Of a DNA stretch of 64,000 bases, positions 39,492 through 50,610 are shown piece by piece. Each line of letters begins with the position of its first letter. Positions within the stretch are counted from its first letter, which is position 1. Location: NCBI GenBank assembly GCA_965113315.1, contig OZ220377.1; one strand, written 5' to 3'. The stretch comes from Podarcis vaucheri (lineage: Eukaryota). Made by a program: the position numbers and the translations under genes. The notes under the pieces were generated by a model. That model ran no database searches. It saw only the letters and a list, made by a program, of their open reading frames with translations, and was not told the DNA's origin.

Positions 39492-39603
39492 GTGTAGCCA
39501 AGGCAATGCCCTCCAGATATTGTTGAGCTCTGTCTCCGATCCCCCCTGGCTGACTTGGGCTGATGGGAATCCAACAATAGCTGATGGAACCATGTTGGCT
39601 ACT
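39492..39603. mobile_element. Degenerate palindromic hAT-type MITE
   Basis: gtagccaa...ccctccagatattgttg...ccaacaatagctg...ttggctac; related to 1176-1310. Confidence 0.55.
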
Positions 39604-41052
39604 CCGAGAAGCCCCACTACACTGGCAGAACATGGTATGTTGGTGTCATGCAAAATACACCTGTGCAGCTGTGTTGATGGTGTGCCTGTTGCACTACCAT
39701 GACCCTGCTGGTGTAGCATCCAAAATGAGATTGGACAGGACAAAGGAGGAGTAGACTTAAGTTGAAGTCCTATGTACCCTCAGGTCCCAAACACAGTGGA
39801 ACTCTATCAAACACAAAGCTTGTGTAAGGAAAATTCTCCCTTTCAATTTAATAGAAAAATTAAAAAGGAACAAAAGGCACTGCCTCCCATCTCTTGCCCC
39901 AACCGCCCCGCCCCATGTTGCCATGACCAAGAACTGGATTAGCCATTAGTCTGCAGCCAACCACAGCACACCAACACTTGGATATAACTCCGCAACAAGG
40001 GAGCTATAACTCAGACAAAAGGGTACATGGCACCAGGCTGAAACACTCTGGCCTCACATCATGTACCTAAGAACATACAAGAGGTCTCTGAGGAAGGAAC
40101 CAGTGCACAAAACAGCCTGCCAGCTAAACACACATGGAAATAGCATTTTGCTGACACTGCTCTTCATAAAACCCTCACAGGTAGCCTGCTTCAGGTCTCC
40201 AGACACTTCTGACCACTCATCTAACATGGTGATGTTGCAATGAGGTCATGAAGATGACATGTTGTAAAGATGACCTGGCAACATTACTACAATAGGGAGG
40301 CAACAGCAGAGTACTCTATGCAGGTCAGTGAAGGGAGGAGGGAATCCGGCTACAAAGTGTCTCCCATATTTCTTCCCCCAACCAGCTGCATGTGAAATCT
40401 GTGTCTTGCCTCAACTGTACTTAAACCTTCTCCACCATCAGCTGGGAGCAGTCTTCCCCACATGCAGATAAGTTCTCTGCCGATCAAGGCCAGGAATTCC
40501 ACTTCAACCTCTGCCACTTCTGGTCAAACATGCATGAGCGCTTTCCCCTTACTGAATCACAGCCAGGGTGCACAGATCAGGGCAAAGGGGATACAAGTTC
40601 CACCACAGTCCTACGCAGGAAGGTCTAAACATCTCATTAGTCACTGCAATTTCTTCCCCACTCCAGGATGGCGCGGGGAGGTTTAGCCCCAATCATTGGC
40701 AGAGCACTCAAGTAGCAGGAATCATTCTTCTCTCTCCCTTCCTCACACCTACTGTGCTACTACATCCAGGGAAGATGAGTTCCAACTTCTGACAACTGAT
40801 TCTCCCTCCCTCCCTTTTGCTCTGCACAGTTGTGCACACACCACAAGGGAGGCCCACCCTCTGGCCAGTAGCAGTGACCAAAACACCCCACAAATGTTCC
40901 TCTGTGGGGTTACCACTCCTGTCAAGCTCCATATCTAACAGTTGATGTCTGTGTGCATAGCATGAGTGTGCAGCCTAGAGGGGCAAATCCATCTGCTGCT
41001 CTTGCTGCCCACTATTTGATGGTCAAAGGGACAGAAACCCTGACAAGCCCAT

Positions 41053-41135
41053 TTGTTGTTTAGTCGTGTCCGACTCTTCGTGACCCCATGGACCAGAGCA
41101 TGCCAGGCACTTCTGTCTTCCACTGCCACAGTTTG
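41053..41135 (-). mobile_element. BovB/RTE LINE 3' end, heavily 5'-truncated
   Basis: Minus strand encodes AVEDRSAWHALVHGVTKSRTRLNN (RTE/BovB C-terminus) and ends in a caacaa tail; 11-bp TSD gacaagcccat (41042-41052, 41136-41146). Confidence 0.85.
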
Positions 41136-43403
41136 GACAAGCCCATACATGTGTCTATTTACTTCCAGAACTCACTCCATCCCTGATGCTATTCAATAAG
41201 GCTCTAATTTTGCTACATCTGCTGTTTCTTTGCTACAAGGGATTGGCAGATATGGGCCAATGGTGGGTTTTCTTCCCATAATGGGTCATGATCCGTTGTC
41301 CCAAGGGAGATGTTTGGGTGCTATATGCCCCCTCCTTCCTTCACACACACATAGTACTTTGTGAGAAATGTATGACATAAGGGAAACCAAACATCTGCCT
41401 AGAGCTCCTGGCTGCTGGTCTCTTCCTGTCTGTGCCACAGTATCTTACACTGTGGAAGGTGTTGTGGAATCGTTGTAACTGGCAGGTTGTGTGTGGGCTG
41501 TGATGATGCCTTCTTGTTAGCATGGGTGGACTGGGGCCTCCCATTTCTGGCCATGTAATTTCCACAACTTCATGCCCTGTCATTTTTACAGCAACACCAC
41601 ATTGACTAGGGCGGGCAGGCACTGGTGTGTTGCCATGGGTGCTGGGAGTGTGGCTGCCACTGTTGCTCTTCTCTGATTTTTGGAGCCACATTTTCCTCCC
41701 ACCTCTCCATTCTCTGGGATAGATGGATGCAGGACAGGGTGGCTGTTGTGTCAGAGTAGTGGTAGAATATGTCTCCCCTTTTGGCATTCTCAGGGGTTAA
41801 GTTCCTGTGAAAATGTATTCACACATCTTTCAAAAACATACAGCAACTAAAAGCTCCATGAAGCACATGGCGACAAGCATGCCTTTTCAATCCACTTTTA
41901 GGATCCAGTGACAATTTCATAAGAGTTCACAGAAGAATAAAGTCACCTACACCATACCACTATTGATTAAAAAGGCATTTAAAACGTGTCCGTCCCTGGT
42001 TTGGACTCCTGATGGCAGTCGGATTGCTAACACAGGATTAGTAGCCTAGGAAAGAAAATCTTTCCACATGCAGAATGACCCACATTTCCAGCTCACGGCC
42101 AGCATATTGGTTGCTTTTCCTGTTTTTACCCCCCTGCTGTGAGGAAAATGTTATGCTAAGGTCAAAAACTAGAACATGTGCAACTGCAGGGATTTAAGCT
42201 GATAGTCTGTTTAGGAGCAAAGTCACAGGAGAAACAAGAAGAGGATTCAAAGTATTACTTTGTTCTAGCCTTTGCTCTAAGTGGGTGGGTGGGTGAAAAT
42301 CTAGTGATTGATTTAAAGGGAAAGAGGGCCATAAATAGCTAAATATGAACAGGTCAACTGTTAACCAAGGCTGTGGGTATGTTAACATTTTGTACCAGAA
42401 AAAAATGAATTTTATACCTACTGTAAGTTATTCTAATTAAGCAATTTAACTTATTTCATTATTTCATTATTTATTTCTTTATTTAATTTATATACCACCC
42501 TTCATCTGGAGAACTCAGGGCAGTTCACAAGATAAAAATACAGGATAAAAGGATAAAATAAATAGTTAAAACAAAAACAAAATAAAACAAAATCCCCCCC
42601 TCCCCCAAGTTATTTGCTTCTGCTAGTTGAGGCTTAACCAGCAATGCAAGGAACTGATGTCCCATCCCATGGCCATTGCAAATTCCACCAACTCAGGTCT
42701 GGCTCCAGGGCTAAGGACTAGAATTTTACTCTAAACACATATACAGCAGAGATTTCAGGGTGTTGAACTGTGCGCCCAGCACAGAGAATGAGCATGTTGT
42801 AATGTACCTGTTCCCAAGCATGGTGTGAATTCTCTCACCATGAAACACATTTTGTTCTTGAGCCAGAGAATTTACACCATACACAGAAACTGTGTCCTTA
42901 TAATTCCACACAGCATGTGTCAATCATGACTGAAGCTACACGTCTGTCAACGTTGAGGTCAACACCTGACAGAAGAACAGGATTAGCCATGTAATGCATT
43001 TTAAATCTTTTCCCTCTGTCAGATGCCTAGCTTTGTATTGATAGGCATGTGCAGTTTCAGTCATGACTAACATATAAGTGTTGACATACAGTAGACGTGC
43101 AGCTTACTCATAATTTACTTACATGATTGCAACTCTGGGCGAGTGGCAGGAAACTAAATAAATAAATGGAGCGCAGAGGAGAAATGTTTGTTTACATGAC
43201 AACTTATTTCACAATAGAGTTTTATTTGACTTATCTTAATATGCCTGTTTAATAAAATATAATTATATAAAATATATTAATACAGTAGACTTGGGAATTA
43301 TTATTTATTATTATTTATTTTAATTATGCTGCCCTTTATCTGAGGATCATAGGGCGGTTTACAATATAAAAGCACAAAAATACACAACATAGCAACAAGC
43401 ATA

Positions 43404-43866
43404 CCATATTTTTCGTCCTATAGGACACACTGGCCCGTGCTTCAGGCAGCAGGCTGCCGCCCCAAGCCTCACGCACCCGGCGGGATCTCCTGCCGGGCGT
43501 GCAAGGCTTGCGGACACCTGCCCGAAGCACGGAGAGCCCTTCGGAGGCTGCAGCCCCAAGCCTTGCACGCCCGGCGGGACCTCCCGCCGGGCGCACAAGG
43601 CTTGCGGACACCCTCCGGAGGGCTCCCCGTGCTTCGGGCTGCAGGCTGCTGCCCGCAAGCCTTGTGAGCCTGCAGGACCTCCCGCCGGCCTTGCAAGGCT
43701 TGCGGATAGCTTCCTGAAGCCTGGAGAGCGAGAGGGGTCAGTGCGCACCGATGCCACTCGCTCTCCAGGCTTCAGCGAAAGCCTGCATTCGCCCCATAGG
43801 ATGCACACACATTTCCCCTTCATTTTTAGAGGGGGAAAAGTGCGTCCTATAGGGCGAAAAATACGG
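43404..43866. mobile_element. Tc2/mariner-like MITE with GC-rich internal hairpin repeats
   Basis: TIRs TA|ccatatttttcgtcctataggacacac ... gtgcgtcctatagggcgaaaaatacgg|TA; inserted into an L2-type 3' tail (about 43296-43403). Confidence 0.85.
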
Positions 43867-43906
43867 TAAACAATATTGGGCGCTTCAACCATTTTTGGTA
43901 CAAGAA

Positions 43907-44268
43907 GGGACACAGGTGGCGCTGTGGATTAAACCACAGAGCCTAGGACTTGCCGATCAGAAGGTTGGCGGTTCGAATCCCTGCAACGGGGTGAGCTCCC
44001 ATTGTTCGGTCCCTGCTCCTGCCAACCTAGAAGTTCAAAAGCACATCAAAGTGCAAGTAGATAAATAGGTACCGCTCCGGCGGGAAGGTAAACAGCGTTT
44101 CCGTGTGCTGCTCTGGTTCACCAGAAGCAGCTTAGTCATGCTGGCCACATGACCCGGAAGCGGTCTGCAGACAAACTCCTGCTCCCTCGGCCAATAAAGC
44201 GAGATGAGCGCCGCAACCCCAGAGTTGGTCACGACTGGACCTAATGGTCAGGGGTCCCTTTACCTTTA
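43907..44268 (+). mobile_element. Sauria SINE (Squam1), full length
   Basis: gggacacaggtggcgctgtggattaaaccacagagcctagg...ggttcgaatccc...ggggtccctttaccttta; matches the 818-1154 copy. Confidence 0.92.
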
Positions 44269-45184
44269 GCTAACATCTAGGAGTTCTGATAGGAGCTTGG
44301 CAGCTCTGGCTAGCCTTCTTTCCAGTTACAATCCTTTTTTTATAGAAGCAGCAGCAAGAAGAAATTGTGAGCTGCATCCAATTCTCTTGTGACCCGCTCA
44401 GTACAGCAACATGACTGCTGTTGAGTTAAAGGCATAATACTGCCATAGTTTAAGCTAGAGAGAACAAAGCAAGTATAGGCCCAAGTTCATACTGACTTGT
44501 ATGAATATTACTGCTTGTAATATCACCCTGTTAAAAGGTTTGTTCTTGGCTACAGCTCAAGAACTTAACCATAAGCCCAGGTTCAGATATGATGCTAGGC
44601 CAAACTTTGGATTAGTGCAGTGTGGTGCAGGAGCAAAAAATACCAGGGTGGAGCAAGATGACCTCTGCAGTCTTGGGAAGCCATTGCTGTGTTGTGCAAA
44701 CAAGGCCACCTTGTCAAATACACGAGATTTCTATTTTCAATATTTTTTAAATATAAAAACGGTATCACTTCAAAGCAAGATACTATTAATATATGACAGC
44801 ACTTTAAAAGGGGCGGATTTTGAGATGATGCAAGAGAGCCAAACAAAAATACCGAAGAGTTATACAGAAAGGTGTTTCAGGGAGCATGATTGTAAACTGA
44901 ATTTAAGTACATAACAGGTATTTCCTAATACTCACTATAGTTCTATGTCCATCCACTGCGGATGCGATGGAGTAATCAAGTCCTAGTCTCTCTTATTCTA
45001 GTAGTAGTTTTTGGCTACATGTTATAATCAGGTTTAATTAAGCCTTCTCACTGTGATTTTGTAGCTTGATAATCTAACATTCCATCTGCACCGGATCTCT
45101 AGTATCTGATTAAGAAGAGCTGAATGTTTCATCTATCAGTAAAGCAGTGTTGTTCTACTGTCAATCGTACTTTGGGGATACTTG

Positions 45185-45314
45185 TAGAATTGGAAGAGAC
45201 CATGAGGGTCATCTAGTCCAACCCCCTGCAATCCAGGAATCTTTTGTCCAACGTGGAGCTTGAACCCATAAAGCTGAGATAAAGAGTCTTATGCTCTACT
45301 GACTGAGCTATCCC
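45185..45314 (-). mobile_element. tRNA-derived SINE with CR1-like tail
   Basis: Reverse complement has A box (gggatagctcagtcagtagagc), B box (gggttcaagctcc) and CR1 tail (ggggttggactagatgaccctc...ttccaattcta). Confidence 0.8.
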
Positions 45315-45789
45315 AGCAAGATTGCATCAGTATTTAATGAAACATGCCCTAGCAAGCATGCCACTCAATGTCTCAGTTGCTCAGAAAAAGCTGGTTGGAG
45401 CCTTGGATCAACAATGAAGTCATTTCCATTACAAATGAGCACTGAGCTAAAACAGAGCGCCATCAATATATTGATTGGCAGGCAAAGTCTGCCAGAAGGT
45501 AATACAGTAAAAGGGCAAGTATCCTTAAGAAGAGGCTCTACTTCTCTCTTCAATGTTTTACAAAAACCCTCTCGAGGTTATTTCTACAATCAGCCATAAG
45601 CAGAGGGAAGAAAACATCTGTCAAAGCGAGACAGCTTGATTTTTTTATTAAATAAACTAATTAGTTAATTCAATGAATTAAATTCAGATACAAATCAAGT
45701 GTAGAATCATCTTCGAGAGCAATATAAACCAATTCACTAAGCACAGCTGCATGAAACATTTTTAAATTATCTGAGTTAAGACTATACTT

Positions 45790-45965
45790 TAGTACATTTA
45801 TATCCCATCTTCCACAGAGCTGAAGGTGTGGGCAGTTTTCTTTATCCTCATGTCCAGCCTGCAAGGTAAACAAGGATGAGAGATAGTGACAAGCCCAATG
45901 AGCTTCAGGGCTGAGGTGGGGTTTGAACCTGGGACACATGCTAAAAACTCTGACCACTACACCAG
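45790..45965 (-). mobile_element. Degenerate CORE/MIR-like SINE
   Basis: atttatatcccatcttcc...ttatcctca...gcccaatgagcttcagggctgaggtggggtttgaacctggg...accactacacca. Confidence 0.6.
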
Positions 45966-46877
45966 ATTAGGTTGGGATCTGAAACAAAACTATTGAATCT
46001 GAGGTCTGCATTCAGACAGCACTTTATTCCTTTTTCCTGATGTTTCCTTACCTGTTCATGCTTAGAACAGAGTGGTCCTGTTTGGTGGCCCGGCTAAGTA
46101 CCAAAGGAGCGTCACTAGTGGCAACAGCCATTCTCTTCCATTTTATGTCTATGCTCCTTCTACAAATCCAAGTGAAAAGCATAACATTGGGTGTGGGGGG
46201 GCAGTGCTGTGGAGGAAACCCTGTCTCTCAATTGGTTGGTGCCAGGCAGCCAATTGGACAGCCAATGGGTGCAAAGAGAGGACGGCCCCCGTATAGGCAA
46301 AGGCAAGCTGCAATTGGCTAAGGTCTGAGGAGCGGGGGCTGACTCTCAACAAGAGCATGATGACTTGAATTCAAGGTCATGGTGAGGCTTTGGTGCTTAT
46401 CATTAGTTTTTCTTTCTCATCGGTGTTGGGCACCATGGTGGTGGCTGCGGCGACAGAGGTGAGTCCCGTGTATGTTTGACGCGCAGCTGGAAACTGTTGC
46501 ATGTCAGCGGCCACAGCGCAAGGTGCCGGGAATGAAGACATTTGCCTTGGTGGCTATCGGAAGCCTTACAGGAATCTCATCAGGGTTATAGAACTACAAC
46601 TGCCAGTGTGCATTGCAACTAAACTCAAGTGCCCCCCCCCCCGAAGTGCCTTTGGAATGTGTGTGCTCTTCCTATGTTTTAATTATATGTTTCATTTGAA
46701 ATTTATTAATTGCATTTATATCACACTGTTTCCTCCAAGGAGTCCAAGGTGATGTGCATAGTTCTAAAATTCTTCTTCTTCCTCTATACCCGGCTTCTTT
46801 ATCCTGACAGGGACTCAATGTCTGTGTTATTAACAAAAATGTAAACGTGTGTTTGTGTCTAAATATTGTTTAATAAA

Positions 46878-47019
46878 TCATAAAACTAGAAAGTTGGAAA
46901 TGATCCTGAGGATCATCTAGTCCAACACTCCGCGGTGCAGGAATATGCAGCTGGGATATCAGGGATCGAACCTGCAACCTTGACATTATCAGTATTGTGC
47001 TCTAACCAACTGAGCTACC
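46878..47019 (-). mobile_element. tRNA-derived SINE with CR1-like tail
   Basis: Reverse complement of the 20181-20327 family (gggatcgaacctgcaaccttgacattatcag...gctctaaccaactgagcta). Confidence 0.8.
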
Positions 47020-47460
47020 TCAATTTCTTAAATAAATATATTAAATCTATTAATTGTGCGCATATATATGTATATACTGATTGTGTATATCAAGTTATAT
47101 ATTGCAAATACTTAAATTTATGCTATGGAAATTTAATTCAGCTGGGGCCTGCGAGTTCTGTGTTGAAGTACTTTTGCAGCCCACTTGGTCTGAGAGGTTA
47201 GAACACCCTGGTTTAGAAGGAGCAAACAAACTGGGTTATGTAGGAAACAGCCCTCCCCAACTCTTTATCCTCAGCAGTCAACATTTAGAAATATACCAAC
47301 ACTGAACCTGGAGCTTGCATTTACTTGTTTGAAATAATAGCTACCTACCTGAAGCTATCAAATCTTCATCTAAAACCTTTCCTCGGTTTAAAGCCATTAT
47401 CAAACCTTGTGAAATTGAATTCCAGAAGTTCATTATTGTGATGAATAGCACTTCCCTATA

Positions 47461-47691
47461 CAGTAGTACCTCGGGTTAAGAACTTAATTTGTTCTGGAGG
47501 TCCGTTCTTAACCTGAAACTGTTCTTAATCTGAGGTACCACTTTAGCTAATGGGGCCTCCTGCTGCCGCGACGCCGCTGCAGCGCGATTTCTGTTCTCAT
47601 CCTAAAACAAAGTTCTTATCTTAACCCGAGGTACTATTTCTGGGGTAGCGGATTCTGTAACCTGAAGTGTCTGTAACTCGAGGTACCACTG
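47461..47691 (-). mobile_element. Tc1/mariner (Tigger-like) MITE
   Basis: TA|cagtagtacctc...gaggtaccactg|TA; inverted relative to the 21311 and 52603 copies. Confidence 0.9.
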
Positions 47692-49929
47692 TATCATCTT
47701 TATTATTACTGTGCACCCTACAACCAATTCCAACACCATAGAAGAATCCCCATGAAAAATATTAGAATCCAAAGTCTGCACAAACTGGGCAGGAAAGATC
47801 TGCCAGCCGGGATCTGTTATGCACAGGGCTTCCTACAAAATGGCTTGGGAGTGGGGTTTGGTCTTGAGAAACTGCAATTTGAGACTGAAGGTGTACCAGT
47901 TCCTCTGCCATTAATTAAATTTGATCAGCATGCTAAACAAAAACATGGTCGTGTGTGTGGCATATTTCCATGGCAACATCAATATTATAAAATTGTCTGT
48001 TCTTGCTTGTATGGAGACATAAGCGGGTCTGTGCCTATGAAATGAATTTGCCACCAATGGGACAAAATGTACTGCATTTTCACATAGGTTTTCTTCACGT
48101 AATTTACTTGGCTCCCAAAAGCAGAAGCAAGGGCAGGGGCAAAAAAAGATATCTGGAACAACAATGGGAAAAGGACATAGAGAGCAACACAGCCCTGCAG
48201 GACTGTTTCACAGGTCATGCTAAACCTTGCCTTCTGCAACCTGGACTTCTCCATTGGTCATGTGGGTTGGGACTAAACATCTTGAGGGTAGCAAGCTGGG
48301 GAAGACTGTGCTAAACTATGATTTATTGCTACAGGCATGAACCTTGGGGTTCATGTGCTCCTTCTTCCCATCCCCACATGGCCATGAGATTGGAAATGCT
48401 CACTTCAGTTTTCATGCATAGTTTTGTCTAAACTATGACTTTCAACAACCAAACCAGTTTCATGGTTTCCCTAAAACAAGAATGAGGACCCTCCAGAGCT
48501 CAGGCCAAATTAGGCCTGGCAAGGGTCTTATTATGGCCTCGTAAATTTACGTTTAAGGTTCTACTCACCTGTGGGCACTTTTATCAGACCCAGACACAAT
48601 TACAAATAAATTGGTTTAAAAAGCACCAACTGACCAAAGAGATTAGTTTAGCCCTCAAACAGTAGAGGCTGCAAGAGCTTTGGAGGTGAACTGGCTTGCT
48701 AGCCTGTAGACAGTGCAGCAGGGTGGAAAAGATGGCTTTTCCCACCTGTTGGCCCCACAGTCATGGGTGGGGCCAACAGGTGGGTCCAAAATACAGAATT
48801 ATGTCAAAGCTATATGATAGTTTTTGCCCTCTAGCTACCTAAGAAGAGGATGTGATGTGTAGAGGGGTTCACTGCTGAATCAGCTGAAATATAAGCCCTT
48901 GGACTAAGTGGCTATAGGAATGCTTCCATTCAATGATGATTGATCTCCTTCCAATCTACATTTCACAGTGAAATGCTACTGATCTGGAACATAGTGATTT
49001 GATATTCAAGCATTCCCCTGTGTTTAAGCAGCAACTGATAAAAGATGCTGACTCAACTGGAGAAAGGAAGCCCCTGAACGGAGATTTCTGAATTCCCCAT
49101 AATGGAGACAAATCAAGGAAAGCGTGGGAGAATGAAGTGGTAAAGTTTTCCTTTTTGTGGGTTTTTACCCTAAGCCTTTAAACACACTTTGTATGCCTGC
49201 TAAAGCAGTTTCCGGTATCCATTGCTTCTCTAGTGGTTTGCTATGAGCTCATGTCTACTCTAAGAAAGCTTTGTTTTACCGCTATAGAATTAATAAGAGC
49301 ACATGCTTAACACAGACCCAAGGCCAGGCATTTTTGAAAGGAGAACAATTATCACAATCTCTATAATTAATACAGGTCAGGAAAAAGAACTTCTTAAAAA
49401 GGTTTTATCGAGTCACAGAAAAAGCCTCAGAGTCAGGCAAACGGCTCCAGGGCACAGATCCAACAACCCTGACTGCTTGTCAAACAACAAGAAAACTAGT
49501 TTGTCTAGATACAACATTTATGGTCCCACACGACAAAGCGTCATTCACTAGTCTTGAGTAACAGGTTTTTACTCCCACCCACCCATGTAACGGGGGGGGG
49601 GGGGAGAGATTTGGATCAGTATGTTGAAACAGCTGCTGCCCATAAAACAAACTACTTCATTCTTCCATAGTTCTTGAAGCTTGGCTGACCAGATCAGGTT
49701 GGCACACTTGATTGTACCCCAGGAGCAAATTAGGAAATAACCTCTCCCCAAGTATCCTGTAACTGTTTATCAGAGGAGAGAGATACTTCAAATCTGTGTC
49801 GGTGTTAAAACAAATGCCTCAAACATTGCACTACATCCATGTTGGCTAAAGACACTAAGAAAATGTACAGATGTATCCCCATATTCATGAAAACAGAAGA
49901 AACAAGGGAAACCAGAGGTACAGCCTTAC

Positions 49930-50610
49930 CTTTTTCCTCCACTGTTGCAGGCCAGGAATGAAAAGATCAGCCCCACTACCTGGCAAGGCTAGTCTATCGC
50001 TGTGCAGTGGAATTCTCTAATCAGCTCAGCACAGCATTCCAGCCTCAGAGGATTATAGCAGGCAGACTGAAAGGTCAGTCGGTATGGAGGAATTTCTTCA
50101 CTGAAAACACTCAGAAGGAGCGATATTCTTCTTCAGCTCAGCTTTCCTTTTCTCCTCCAGTTCAGAGTCCCTGGCTGCCCCTCCTGGCTACCAATGCATC
50201 TAGAGGTGAGCTCAGCACCTCCCTGTGACTCTCTCCGGCTCTGCCTGCAATCGAGGAGGAAGCTCCTCCCAAAGATCTCACCCTTGTGAAACAAGCTACA
50301 CAAGTCTAGCTCCACCCCACAGAGCCATTCCTCTGCTCAGGTGACTCTCAGACCCGGAGAAGCTGAGGATCTCTCGTACTGCTACACATCTTTTTCTTCC
50401 TTGGAAAGCTCAATGTGGAGTAATAACCTGTGAACTGGACAACATTCCTAGTCCAGCAATAAACCAAATGAATCAACAGGAAGGGGGAGGAGACAATTAA
50501 AGAGGATGACTCAACCACATATGGCAGCTCAAATGCATCGACCACACTAGGGAGTTGGAGTGAAATAATTTCTGTCCATATAGCTTTGTGGGGGAGGGAG
50601 TGCAGCAAAA
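49930..50610 (-). promoter_or_regulatory. ARHGAP32: Candidate alternative first (5' UTR) exon / internal promoter of short ARHGAP32 isoform; 5' end uncertain
   Basis: Strong donor AAG|gtaagg at 49930/49929 ending a repeat-free, moderately GC-rich block in the intron preceding the MKSRP exon. A PX/SH3-less isoform is known in mammals. No transcript evidence available. Confidence 0.35.

Noticed and set aside
43463-43705. Repeat-spacer pattern resembling a CRISPR array
   Set aside because: Eukaryotic intron, bounded by transposon TIRs and a TA TSD; spacers are related to each other; no cas genes.
44936-44985. Minus-strand donor ATA|gtgagt with short upstream MDIEL frame
   Set aside because: No polypyrimidine acceptor nearby and the ATG frame is incompatible with the phase-1 acceptor at 36163; cannot be distinguished from a chance site.
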